DNA from: Actinomycetes bacterium
Lineage (GTDB): Bacteria; Actinomycetota; Thermoleophilia; Solirubrobacterales; Solirubrobacteraceae
Assembly: GCA_023429855.1 (NCBI GenBank)
Contig: JAEZDB010000098.1
Span: forward strand, 1 to 35,414
Reading direction: 5' to 3'
DNA length: 35,414 nucleotides
Positions 24,406-35,414 of the stretch are shown in pieces (position 1 is the first letter of the stretch; each line of letters begins with the position of its first letter). The position numbers were made by a program, and so were the translations under genes. The notes under the pieces are model-generated. The model saw only the letters and a program-made list of their open reading frames with translations, was not told the DNA's origin and made no database searches.

Positions 24406-25677
24406 ATGTCAGCCACCCCTGCCGCCGCCCACACCCACGGCGACGACGAGCACCACCACCATCACCACGAAGACGATCCAAACGTCGAGGCGGTCGCGCC
24501 CGACTGGAAGGACGGCAAGCGGTACGCCTGGCTCCTGGGCCTCGTCGTGCCGACGATTCCGTTTATCGCGTGGGGCCTGGTTGAGCTGACGGGCCTTGGC
24601 GTGTTCTGGTGGTTCGGCCCGGCGTTCATCTTCGGCGTGATGCCGCTGATGGACCAGATCGGCGGCAACGACTCCACGAACCCGCCCGAGAGCGTCATCA
24701 AGTGGCTGGAGAACGACCACTTCTACCGGTGGTGCACGTACCTCTTCATCCCGATCCAGCTGGCCGCAACCGTGTTCAGCGCGTGGATGTGGTCCCGCGG
24801 AACGCTGTCGACCCTCGAAGCGGTCGGCTTGGCGATCAGCCTCGGTTGCGTCAACGGCATCGCGATCGCCGACGCCCACGAACTCGGCCACAAGCGCGAG
24901 GCCCTCGAGAAGTGGCTCGCCCGCGTGGCGCTCGCCCCGACCTTCTACGGCCACTTCATGGTCGAGCACAACCGCGGCCACCACGTTCGCGTCTCCACGC
25001 CTGAAGACCCGGCCAGCTCGCGCTTCGGCGAGAGCTTCTACGAGTTCCTGCCGCGCACCGTGGCCGGCAGCCTGAAGTCGGCGTGGCACCTTGAGGCTGC
25101 GCGCTTCAAGCGTCAGAACAAGTCGCCGATCTCGCTCAAGAACGACATCATCAACGCCTGGGCCCTGAGCTTCGTCCTCTGGGGGGCACTGCTCGTGGCC
25201 TTTGGCCCGTCGATCCTGCCGTACATGATCATCCAGGCCGTCTTCGGGTTCTCGCTGCTCGAGGTCGTCAACTACATCGAGCACTACGGCCTGCTGCGCC
25301 AGAAGAAGGACGACGGCCGCTACGAGCGCTGCCAGCCGTCGCACAGCTGGAACGCGAACCTCGTCGCCAGCAACGTGTTCCTCTACCACCTGCAGCGCCA
25401 CAGCGACCATCACGCGCACCCGCTGCGCCGCTACCAGGTGCTGCGCCATTTTGAAGAGGCGCCAGAGCTGCCGACGGGCTACGCCGGCATGATCGTGCTC
25501 TCCTACCTGCCGCCGCTCTACTTCCGCGCGATGAACCGCCGTGTGCTCGACCACTACGAGGGCGACATCACGAAGGCCAACATCAACCCGCGCAATCGCG
25601 AGCGGATTCTCAAGAAGTGGGGCCGCGGCGATTCCGGTGGCTCCGCGACGTTGACGCCGGCCGGCAGTGCAGGCTGA
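24406..25677 (+). CDS. alkB: alkane 1-monooxygenase (integral-membrane di-iron hydroxylase)
   Basis: 423 aa with His boxes HELGHK, EHNRGHH and LQRHSDHHA, plus the NYIEHYGL motif and the expected TM segments. Confidence 0.95.
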   Translation: MSATPAAAHTHGDDEHHHHHHEDDPNVEAVAPDWKDGKRYAWLLGLVVPTIPFIAWGLVELTGLGVFWWFGPAFIFGVMPLMDQIGGNDSTNPPESVIKWLENDHFYRWCTYLFIPIQLAATVFSAWMWSRGTLSTLEAVGLAISLGCVNGIAIADAHELGHKREALEKWLARVALAPTFYGHFMVEHNRGHHVRVSTPEDPASSRFGESFYEFLPRTVAGSLKSAWHLEAARFKRQNKSPISLKNDIINAWALSFVLWGALLVAFGPSILPYMIIQAVFGFSLLEVVNYIEHYGLLRQKKDDGRYERCQPSHSWNANLVASNVFLYHLQRHSDHHAHPLRRYQVLRHFEEAPELPTGYAGMIVLSYLPPLYFRAMNRRVLDHYEGDITKANINPRNRERILKKWGRGDSGGSATLTPAGSAG

Positions 25678-25714
25678 CGACACCCGCAAGCGAAGCATGA
25701 GCACCACGAGGACC

Positions 25715-25882
25715 ATGGCGAAGTACAGCTGCCCGGAATGCGGCCACGTCTACGACGAGGCCGTCGGCAACCCGCGGGAAGGCTTCCCGCCCGGCACGCC
25801 GTTCAGCGCCGTGCCCGACGACTGGACGTGCCCGGACTGCGGCGTGCGTGACAAGGTCGACTTCGAGCCGCTCGGCGACTAA
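25715..25882 (+). CDS. rubA: rubredoxin
   Basis: Contains [12 protein letters not shown] ... DDWTCPDCG (two CxxCG knuckles). I prefer ATG 25715, which has GAGGA 4 nt upstream and gives 55 aa. Alternatives are ATG 25697 or GTG 25667, the latter overlapping the alkB stop. Confidence 0.9.
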   Translation: MAKYSCPECGHVYDEAVGNPREGFPPGTPFSAVPDDWTCPDCGVRDKVDFEPLGD

Positions 25883-25900
25883 CTAGGCTCGCTGGTCAGG

Positions 25901-26521
25901 ATGGCCACGACTCCCCGTAGCCCATATCAGGCGGCCGCTCGCCAGCTGCTCCGCACCACGCTGCTCGAAACAGCACGCGAGCTGCTGCGCGAGCGCCGTT
26001 GGACCGACATCACGATGGCTGATGTCGCCAAGGGCGCTGGCGTGAGCCGGCAGACGCTCTACAACGAGTTCGGGACGCGCGACGGCTTCGTGCAGGCCTA
26101 CCTCCTGTACGACGCCGATCGCATCCTCACCGCGGTCGAGCACGCCATCGAGTCGGCAGGCGACAGCCCCGCCGACGCCCTCGAGCGGGCCTTCCGCGTC
26201 TTCCTCGAGACCATCGAGCAGGACCCGCTCGCGGTCAGCGTCGTCTCCGGCGACGACCCCGACGGACTCCTCGCGCTCGTCACCACGCGCGGCGGCCCGG
26301 TGCTGCGCATCGCCACCGGCCGCCTCGCCGGCGCAATCCACAAGAGCTGGCCGGCCGCCGCCCAGCGCGACGTCGACATGCTCGCCGAGACCCTCGTCCG
26401 CCTCGCCATCAGCCACGCGGCACTGCCCGACGGCGACACCGCCGAGACCGCCGCAGCGATCTCGCAGCTGCTTACGCCCTTCGCAGAGCTGGCGCTGCTA
26501 CGGGCTGCGGTCGACGGCTGA
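25901..26521 (+). CDS. TetR family regulator (AlkU-like position downstream of alkB-rubredoxin)
   Basis: 206 aa. The HTH region reads LLETARELLRERRWTDITMADVAKGAGVSRQTLYNEF. Confidence 0.88.
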   Translation: MATTPRSPYQAAARQLLRTTLLETARELLRERRWTDITMADVAKGAGVSRQTLYNEFGTRDGFVQAYLLYDADRILTAVEHAIESAGDSPADALERAFRVFLETIEQDPLAVSVVSGDDPDGLLALVTTRGGPVLRIATGRLAGAIHKSWPAAAQRDVDMLAETLVRLAISHAALPDGDTAETAAAISQLLTPFAELALLRAAVDG

Positions 26522-26605
26522 GCGGACGGCGGACGACGGGCGGCGGGCGGCGGGCGGCTCGTAACCGCTCTCGACCCGCGTCCATTCGGGGGTCGCAAGA
26601 ACGAA

Positions 26606-26631
26606 AAAAGGGCCGCTTACGCGGCCCTTTT
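26606..26631. terminator. intrinsic terminator, bidirectional; best U-tract on the minus strand
   Basis: Stem aaaagggccgc / gcggccctttt with loop ttac. The minus strand reads GGGCCGCGUAAGCGGCCC followed by UUUUUUCGU. The plus strand has a shorter U-run (CUUUUCGAUU). Confidence 0.75.
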
Positions 26632-26637
26632 CGATTA

Positions 26638-26821
26638 CTAACGCTGGTAAGCGGGCATGGGGGAGCCTCCTGATGTTTTGAGGGAGCAACTCCGCTCGCG
26701 GTGACACGTGCGAGCGAAGCCGATGCGCGTGACCGCGCAGTGACGAACGACCAGAGGAGTTCGTCGTGGACACACGCGCGGAAATCCGCGCGCGAGAGAA
26801 CGGCCTAGTGGCGACGGAAGG
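26638..26821 (-). ncRNA. candidate structured RNA or long structured 3' UTR of the MFS gene, ending in an SD-preceded 6-codon micro-ORF
   Basis: On the minus strand, four consecutive perfect hairpins lie at 26775-26792, 26742-26765, 26724-26739 and 26693-26716. They are followed by AGGAGG (26666-26671), 7 nt, then ATG CCC GCT TAC CAG CGT TAG TAA (26658-26635) and the terminator. I recognise no Rfam family. Confidence 0.3.
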
Positions 26822-28057
26822 TCATACCGTGCCTCCAGGGCTCGTGGGGGAAAGGCGAATCGACCCGGCGAACGGTGCGCGCGCTTCGCGTGCGCGAGCG
26901 AGAAGCAGCGCGATGGCAATCGCCAGCAGGCAGACCACCCCGGGGACAACGAGCGAGGAACGAGGACCCGTGACGTCTGCCAGCAGGCCGCCGAGCACGA
27001 TTCCGATCCCAGGCGCAGCAGTGGCTACCGTTTCGAACTTGGCGGCGGCACGAACCTCGTCGCCGCTGCGGGCGGCCTCTTGGACCGCGGTCACAAGAGC
27101 TACGTAGCCAGCGCCGTTCCCGGCACCTCCGAGCACGGCCAGGGCGCACGTGAGGACGATGCTGCCCGACAGCCCCATCCCGAGGTACGCCAATCCGACG
27201 GCGAAGCCCGAGACGGCAGCAATCGCGAGCATCGAGCGGCCCAGCAGCCGCGAGAACGCCACGCTCCCTGCGAAGGCTCCAACCCCCCACGCCACGTAGA
27301 TCGCGCCGTAGCCAGTCACACCAGCACCAAGCTCTGATTGCGCGTAGCCCAGGAGCGCGGGCTCGTCCATCGCGCAAACGCACATCACCAGACCGGCAAA
27401 CACGAGGAGCAGGGGATACGTCAGCGCGGACCGCGGGCTGGGCGTCAGGCCGACGCTTGCCGGCTCCCCCTCAGCGCCTCCGGTACTCATGCGGCCCGGC
27501 GCCATCGCGGGCGTCGCTAGCGCGAACGCGGCGAGCGCCAAGGTTCCAATTCCAGCAACGCCCAATGCGCCGCTCGGCCCGAACGAATCAACTGCGACCG
27601 CTGCGAGTGCCGGACCCACCGCGGCGGCGATGGCGACCAGCACGTTCAAGGTGGCATTCGCGCGGCGCAGCTGAGATGCCTCGAGAGACCGGGCCATCGA
27701 GCCACGCAAAACGCCTCTGAAGAGCACGCCGAAGGTGCCCGAGGCTGCGGCGAGTGGATAGAGCCACAGCCCATACCCCAGCGTCGCAAAGAGACCCAAC
27801 ACCGTCGCGAGCGCGAAGAGCGGCAGGCTCAGCGCAGTGCGAGGCGACCAGCGTTCAAACCACGGCATCGCCGTCGAGACCAAAGCGAGCGGCGCGAGCT
27901 GCCGGCAAAGCAGCATCGCCGTTGCCGCCAGGGCGCTGCTCGTTGCGTTGTACACGAGGACCATCAGCGCAACCGTGCTGAACCACTCGAACACGAAGGC
28001 CGCGGTGTAGAGCGCAGTGAGGTGTCTGCCTGCACGAGTTTGGAGGGGGGTCTCCAC
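26822..28057 (-). CDS. MFS transporter (MFS_3 / EntS-like type)
   Basis: 411 aa with a GTG start and about 12 hydrophobic segments. The N-terminus (LYTAAFVFEWFSTVALMVLVY) is typical of the enterobactin-exporter-like MFS group. Confidence 0.9.
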   Translation of the reverse strand: METPLQTRAGRHLTALYTAAFVFEWFSTVALMVLVYNATSSALAATAMLLCRQLAPLALVSTAMPWFERWSPRTALSLPLFALATVLGLFATLGYGLWLYPLAAASGTFGVLFRGVLRGSMARSLEASQLRRANATLNVLVAIAAAVGPALAAVAVDSFGPSGALGVAGIGTLALAAFALATPAMAPGRMSTGGAEGEPASVGLTPSPRSALTYPLLLVFAGLVMCVCAMDEPALLGYAQSELGAGVTGYGAIYVAWGVGAFAGSVAFSRLLGRSMLAIAAVSGFAVGLAYLGMGLSGSIVLTCALAVLGGAGNGAGYVALVTAVQEAARSGDEVRAAAKFETVATAAPGIGIVLGGLLADVTGPRSSLVVPGVVCLLAIAIALLLARAREARAPFAGSIRLSPTSPGGTV

Positions 28058-28106
28058 GGGTCGGCAAGCTACTTACCGGTCCATTGGTAGGGCAAGCGCT
28101 TTTCGT

Positions 28107-28129
28107 CTTGTTGACCTAAGCTCAACAAG
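28107..28129. promoter_or_regulatory. perfect 8-7-8 inverted repeat upstream of the MFS gene (candidate operator)
   Basis: Sequence cttgttga-cctaagc-tcaacaag, 50-72 nt upstream of the GTG at 28057, inside a locally AT-richer stretch. Confidence 0.3.
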
Positions 28130-28333
28130 CCCCTACATAACGCCCCCGATCGACGGACGCGCTGTCGGTGCATCGCGTCACATAAGTCCGCGTCGCGTGG
28201 CCCGAATGGCCCCCGAAGCGACCCACGAGGCGGCATCCGCAGCCTAGGCAGTTCGGGCCATCCGCCGCCGAGCCCATGGGCGCCAGAAACGGCGACACCG
28301 ACAGAGTGTAACCCGGTCGGGGTACACCAGGGA

Positions 28334-29731
28334 CTAGGTGATCGGCCGAAGTCCCAACGCTGCAGCGGCGGCAGGCGTGTTCTCTAGGCGTTCCCGAGAA
28401 CGCCCGCGACTGAGTTCAGGGTTGCGGTCAAGCACTCGGTAGAGCGCATCCACCACCACCGGGTCAAATTGACTTCCCGAGCAGCGCTGCATCTCAATGA
28501 GCGCGTCATCTCGCGTGCGAGCCCGGCTGTACGAGCGGTTCGTGGTCATCGCGCTGAACGAATCGCAGACCGTGATGATTCGCGCGGCCAGCGGGATCTC
28601 AGTCCCGCGCAGCCGATCCGGATACCCCGCTCCGTCCCAGCGCTCGTGGTGGGCACGCACGATGCGCCCGGCCTCAAGCATGGCGCCACCTACCCGCTCG
28701 AGCATCTCTTGCCCGTGAATCGGATGAAGCCGGATGAGCTCCCACTCAGCCTCGTTCAGAGAACCCGGTTTGTTGATGACCTCGTTCGGCACGCGGAGCT
28801 TTCCGATGTCATGCAGGAGCGCGCCGAACTCGAGGTCGCGCATATCTGCCGGGGGGAGCTTGAGCTCCAAACCGACGGCGATCGCCATCTCCACCACCCC
28901 TTGGGTGTGCTCACCCCCGGTGTACGCATCGTCGGCCTCAAGGACGTCACCCATCAGCTGCGCTGTTCCTCGATACGTCGTCGATAGCTGCAGCGCCTGC
29001 TCGAGTCGCTCCCGACGCTCTCGCGCGAACTCGGCGATCACCCCGATCAGCGGCAGGAGCGCGACAACGGCAAGCGGAGACGTCTCTGAGACGACTGCCG
29101 TCACGAATCCGATCGGCGCCAACGCCGCATCGGTCAGGTAGATCCACGCCAACAGCTTCACCTGCGTCCTCGGATGCAGCCCGTGGTTCATCCAGGGAGA
29201 GACCACGGCCGAGAAGCCGTCGGTTGCGACCTGCGCCATGAACGCGACCACGACGATCGGCCACGCATCGACCGTTGCCTCCGGCGTCCCTCCGGCAACA
29301 GTGAAGACGATCGCCGGTCCCAGTGCAGCCCATGCATCGCCGGCGTAGAGCAGTCGTCGCCATACGGGCTCGGTCGAGCGTGACACCGCGTGCTCCATCA
29401 GCCCGCCGAGAACCAGCGCGAACCCCACGATCGGAGTGAGCCATTCCGGCGGAACTGCGAACCACAACGGTATGACCGTGAGCTGTGTTGGGGCAGTTGA
29501 GCCTGAGCCGACCTCGAAGCGCACCATCGAAGCGACGGCCGTCGCGCCGACGAGAAGCACGACCTGGGCTGGGGGCGCCCACTCGCCGCCCGGCGAAAAG
29601 ACGAACAGGATCAGGACCGGAACTAGCAGAGCGAAGTCGGCAACCGCTTCGCTTACAAGTCGCCGTCGCTCGGTGCTTATGCGCCAGAGCCGCCCGTGCC
29701 GGTGCATATGCTCGAGGCCAGGATCAAGCAT
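28334..29731 (-). CDS. multi-TM HD-GYP domain phosphodiesterase, paralogue 1
   Basis: 465 aa. An N-terminal region of ~230 aa holds 7-8 hydrophobic segments. The C-terminus has LLHDIGKLRVPNEVINKPG ... HHERWDGAGYP ... CDSFSAMTTNRSY. Confidence 0.9.
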   Translation of the reverse strand: MLDPGLEHMHRHGRLWRISTERRRLVSEAVADFALLVPVLILFVFSPGGEWAPPAQVVLLVGATAVASMVRFEVGSGSTAPTQLTVIPLWFAVPPEWLTPIVGFALVLGGLMEHAVSRSTEPVWRRLLYAGDAWAALGPAIVFTVAGGTPEATVDAWPIVVVAFMAQVATDGFSAVVSPWMNHGLHPRTQVKLLAWIYLTDAALAPIGFVTAVVSETSPLAVVALLPLIGVIAEFARERRERLEQALQLSTTYRGTAQLMGDVLEADDAYTGGEHTQGVVEMAIAVGLELKLPPADMRDLEFGALLHDIGKLRVPNEVINKPGSLNEAEWELIRLHPIHGQEMLERVGGAMLEAGRIVRAHHERWDGAGYPDRLRGTEIPLAARIITVCDSFSAMTTNRSYSRARTRDDALIEMQRCSGSQFDPVVVDALYRVLDRNPELSRGRSRERLENTPAAAAALGLRPIT

Positions 29732-29974
29732 CTCGCCTGGGGGGTCGGCAGGGCGCCGGAGAACTGCAGGGGCCGGTCAAGGTTGGTCCCTCTTCGGCGG
29801 CGGCACTCCAACACCTGTCCGCATGGGCGCGCGCGCCGCGCGTGCGGCCGTGCAAAGCCCGGCATGGGGAGATGCCCATACGGGGCACTATGCCTCGTCC
29901 GTCTCAAATGCGCTAGCGATTTCCTTGCGCGGAGTTTGCGGGGATTCTGCGCAAAGTTGGAACAGGCCGTGGGA

Positions 29975-32127
<2,153 letters not shown>

Positions 32128-32131
<4 letters not shown>

Positions 32132-33594
32132 GCAGCCTGCGCCGCGTCGTCGCCGGCGAGAGGTCCGCCGTCGCAGCTTCGAGGGGTCGCGTCGGAGTCG
32201 GCGCTGGCGGCCGGAGCCACCGGCTCCAGCCGTGAACCGGCAGCCGGACCGGCTTGGGTCAGCACAACCGCCCGGAGCGCCGTGACCACTGCGGGATCAA
32301 ACTGGGTGCCTGAGCAGCGCTCAAGCTCCTCCAAGGCCTCGCGCTGCGTCATCGCGCGGCGGTAGGACCGGTTCGTCGTCATGGCGCTGAAGGAGTCGCA
32401 GGCGGTGATGATCCGTGCCTCGATCGGGATCTCGGCGCCCGCAAGCTGATCGGGATAGCCGGCGCCGTCCCAGCGCTCATGGTGGGCACGCACGATCGGT
32501 GCCGCCTCCGACAGCGCCCCGCCGACGCGATCGAGCATCTCCCCGCCAAAGCCAGGGTGCTGGCGGATGATCTCCCACTCCTCCGCGTTGAGCTTGCCGG
32601 GCTTGTTGATGATCTCGTTCGGCACGCGCAACTTGCCGATGTCGTGCAGGAGCGCCCCGAACTCGAGATTGCGCATCGCCGCGTCCGGCAGGCCGAGCTC
32701 GCGGCCCACGCCAAGCGACAGCTCGATCACACCCTCCGTGTGCTCGCCACCCGTATAGGCATCGTCGGCCTCCAGGACGTCGCCCATCAACTGCGCCGTC
32801 CCGCGATACGCCGACGAGAGCTCCGCCGCCTGCGCCATCCGCGCGTCGCGCTCCTGCGCAAAGTGGCCGAGCAACCCGCCGAGCGGCACGACCGACAACA
32901 CCAGCCACGGGCTCTCCGTCATCGCCACCGCCGCAACCACGCCGATCGGAGCAAACGCCGCGTCCAGCAAGAACAGCGGCCGAAGCTCCCGCGCCCGGGA
33001 GGGGAACTGCGCCAAGGCCGCCGTCCAGCCTGAGCCAAACACCACGGGGACCAACCCCCGCGCACACGCCGCGACGAGCCACTGCGCCGACAGGGCAGCC
33101 AAGTACACGGGCGCGTCACCGATCGAGAGCGCCCCCGGGTCGGCGAGCACCAAGACCGACGCCACGCCGACCGACGGCCACGCCGCCGCGGGCACGCCCA
33201 CGAGCCGCGCTCGGAGGTCGCTTCCGCCGGCACCGCCGGCGCGATGCGTCGGCCCCGCCGCTAGAGCGCACGCAACAGCCTCGGCCCCGAGGATCACCAG
33301 CGGCAGCGCAGCAGGTGGAAGCACGAACCACAGCGGCACGACCAACAGCTGCGCTGCGGTGGCGTTCGCGCCGCCGAGCTCGAAGTGCACCTGACGAAGG
33401 CCGACGTAAAGCACGACCAACACCGCCGCAGCAGTCGGCGCCGGGGCCGCAGCCGCCCCACCGACGACGGCCAAGCACGCGCTTGCCGCCACCAGCCCGA
33501 CCAACGCCAGGACGGCCGCGAGCACCTCGCGCGTCGAAGGACGTGCGTCAACGTGCGTCGAGTCGGCGGGCAAGGCGGTGAGAACGGGATCCAC
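32128..33594 (-). CDS. multi-TM HD-GYP domain phosphodiesterase, paralogue 2
   Basis: 488 aa with a GTG start (MDPVLTAL...). It has the same architecture: LLHDIGKLRVPNEIINKPG and HHERWDGAGYP. Confidence 0.9.
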
Positions 33595-33756
33595 GGGGGA
33601 TTGGACCTTCGGCGGAAGCGGTTGGTGGGATGAGTACCCAAGACGTGGGCACGCAACCGCTTACGTCGACCAAATCCTGAGTCGCCTTAGCCGGATTGCT
33701 CACACGAGCAGCCAAGCGTCCACGAAACCCCCGTTCCGTGACCGGTCTTGCGTGCG

Positions 33757-35130
33757 TCAGGCGGCTTCAGGCTTGGCGACGTCGACCGAGGGGGTCGCTG
33801 CGACCATGACCGGCCGCCGCGGCATCTTTGCCAGCACCCGCTGCAACGCCGGCACGATGTTCGGATCGAACTGGGTGCCCGAGCAGCGCTCGAGCTCGGC
33901 GATGGCTTCATCGTGGCTCATCCCGCGGCGGTACGAGCGGTTCGTCGTCATCGCGCTGAACGAATCGCAGACGGTGATGATCCGCGCCTCGATCGGAATG
34001 TCTTCGCCCTTCAGGCCGTCGGGGTAGCCGCCGCCGTCCCAGCGCTCATGGTGAGCCCGCACCACGACCCCCGCCTCGCCGAGCGCGCCGCCCACGCGAT
34101 CGAGCATCTCCTGGCCGTAGCCCGGATGCTGCTTGATGATCGCCCACTCCTCTTCGTTGAGCTTGCCGGGCTTGTTGATGATCTCGTTCGGCACTCGCAG
34201 CTTCCCGATGTCGTGGAGCAGCGCCCCAAACTCCAGATCGCGCATCTGCGCAGGCGTGAGCCCCAGATCGATGCCGACGGCCAGCGAGAGCTCGACCACG
34301 CCCTGGGTGTGCTCGCCGCCGGTATAGGCGTCGTCGGCCTCCAGCACGTCGCCCATCAGCTGCGCGGTGCCGCGATACGCGTGCGAGAGCTCGAGCGCCT
34401 TCATAATGCGGTCGTCGCGCTCCTTCGCGAACTGACCGAGCAGCGCCACCAGCGGCACGGCCAGGAGCACCGCCCACGGCGAGACCTCCACCGCCAACGC
34501 GAGCAACAGGCCAACCGGTGCCAGCGCCGCGTCGACCATGCAGATCCACGCCACGGTCGAGCGGTGCGCCTCTGGCCGCACGCCAAGGGCGGCCCAGTCG
34601 CGCAGCGTGCCCGCCACCGAGTCGACCGCGAACTGCGCCGCAAGCGCCAAGAGGTAGATAGGAATATCGGCGAGCGACGGCGCCCCCGGCTCGAACGCGA
34701 CGAAGACCAGCGCGGGCCCGATCGCGTACCACGAGTCCGACACGCAGATGAAGGTGCGGCGCCAGTTGTGCTCGTCGCCTGCGCGCGCACTCGCCACGAG
34801 GTTCCCGAGGATCTGGCCGCCCGCCACCGCAATCGGCAGCAGCGCCGGCTCTACCGCAAACCACATTGGGACGAACGCCACCTGGAGCGGCGTCGTCGTC
34901 GCCGGACCGATGGCAAAGGTCACCTGCCAGCAGGCGGCGTAGAGCACGATGAGTCCGGCAAGCGCCGGGAGATCAGCCGGGTCGCCCGCCGGCCCCAGCC
35001 AGAAGAACAGCGCGCAGCAGACGAGCAGCAGAAGCCCGGCACCGTACTCGACGGCCTGCTCGCGCCGCGAAGGCGCGGCACTGGCACGTTCACGCTGTTC
35101 AGCGTGGAGCTGCTCGAGAAGGGGATCCAT
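33757..35130 (-). CDS. multi-TM HD-GYP domain phosphodiesterase, paralogue 3
   Basis: 457 aa with an ATG start (MDPLLEQL...). It has the same architecture: LLHDIGKLRVPNEIINKPG and HHERWDGGGYP. Confidence 0.9.
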   Translation of the reverse strand: MDPLLEQLHAEQRERASAAPSRREQAVEYGAGLLLLVCCALFFWLGPAGDPADLPALAGLIVLYAACWQVTFAIGPATTTPLQVAFVPMWFAVEPALLPIAVAGGQILGNLVASARAGDEHNWRRTFICVSDSWYAIGPALVFVAFEPGAPSLADIPIYLLALAAQFAVDSVAGTLRDWAALGVRPEAHRSTVAWICMVDAALAPVGLLLALAVEVSPWAVLLAVPLVALLGQFAKERDDRIMKALELSHAYRGTAQLMGDVLEADDAYTGGEHTQGVVELSLAVGIDLGLTPAQMRDLEFGALLHDIGKLRVPNEIINKPGKLNEEEWAIIKQHPGYGQEMLDRVGGALGEAGVVVRAHHERWDGGGYPDGLKGEDIPIEARIITVCDSFSAMTTNRSYRRGMSHDEAIAELERCSGTQFDPNIVPALQRVLAKMPRRPVMVAATPSVDVAKPEAA

Positions 35131-35414
35131 TGGGGGAGCGACGGCCGCTCGTCGTGCGCAGCCGTACGTCTGGTTCTTCGACGCCCCTACGCGCGACCTT
35201 TACCTGGTGTGGCCGGGCTCCTGAACCGCGAAACGACTGGATCACGTATGGAACGCGCCCGGCCCCTCAGATTGACCGAATTACAGTCGATAGATAGGCC
35301 AACGGCCGTCCCATTGGCCGACTCCCTTTCGCGTCCCCTGCCCCTAGGAAATCGAGTGGCCCTCCCCCGCCCCCTCCGCGCCACCCCCCACGCCAGCGTC
35401 GGCTCGCTCGCCCA

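Noticed and set aside
22948-25716. 454-aa (22948-24312) and 435-aa (24409-25716) minus-strand ORFs. The same reasoning applies to the 464-aa minus-strand ORF at 30017-31411.
   Set aside because: They run antisense to the S8 peptidase, alkB and the helicase, each of which has unambiguous catalytic motifs on the plus strand.
26638-26790. ~50-codon Cys/Arg-rich minus-strand reading (VCPRRTPLVVRHCAVTRIGFARTCHRERSC...MPAYQR) as a possible small cysteine-rich peptide.
   Set aside because: Third-position GC is only about 60% by my count, versus near-saturated GC3 in genuine genes here. The sequence is better explained by four perfect RNA hairpins.
26766-27107. 113-aa plus-strand ORF whose GTG is preceded by AGAGGAG.
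   Set aside because: It runs antisense through the 3' end of the MFS gene and has low-complexity Ala/Ser/Arg/Thr composition. The SD-like sequence is the loop of a hairpin better explained on the minus strand.

Overview
This is a 35.4-kb, very GC-rich segment (roughly 70% G+C by eye, with strong GC3 bias in real genes). It looks like ordinary chromosome from a high-GC Actinomycetota genome. Several protein architectures remind me of Thermoleophilia (Conexibacter/Solirubrobacter-like), but that is inference only. I can support about 36 protein-coding genes and one tRNA-Val(CAC). I found no transposase, integrase, phage, cas or toxin-antitoxin genes and no CRISPR array. Recognisable genes, left to right: a cupredoxin lipoprotein, an F420/NADP-type reductase, an aldo/keto reductase, a VOC/glyoxalase protein, MFS transporters, ung, a K+ channel, a META-domain lipoprotein and a membrane fatty-acid desaturase. 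These are followed by a frameshifted secreted beta-propeller protein, tRNA-Val, aat, a lipocalin, an orphan class I HMG-CoA reductase, an HCCA-isomerase/DsbA-like protein, and a TetR regulator divergent from a large unknown membrane protein. The right half holds an S8 peptidase, an alkB-rubredoxin-TetR alkane hydroxylase module, and three paralogous multi-TM HD-GYP phosphodiesterases bracketing an RqlH-type RecQ helicase with a PRT-like C-terminal domain. The items most worth a second look are: (i) the triplicated membrane HD-GYP array around the helicase; (ii) a 447-bp composite non-coding element at 16229-16675, made of four 61-62-nt tandem repeats flanked by inverted hairpin elements; (iii) a hairpin-rich ~190-nt RNA candidate at 26638-26821 ending in an SD-preceded 6-codon micro-ORF and the best intrinsic terminator in the window; (iv) an HMG-CoA reductase with no other mevalonate-pathway genes nearby. 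I see no clear-cut novel multi-gene system; the proposals below are hypotheses. Many long ORFs in the supplied track are antisense or frame shadows typical of high-GC DNA and were rejected.
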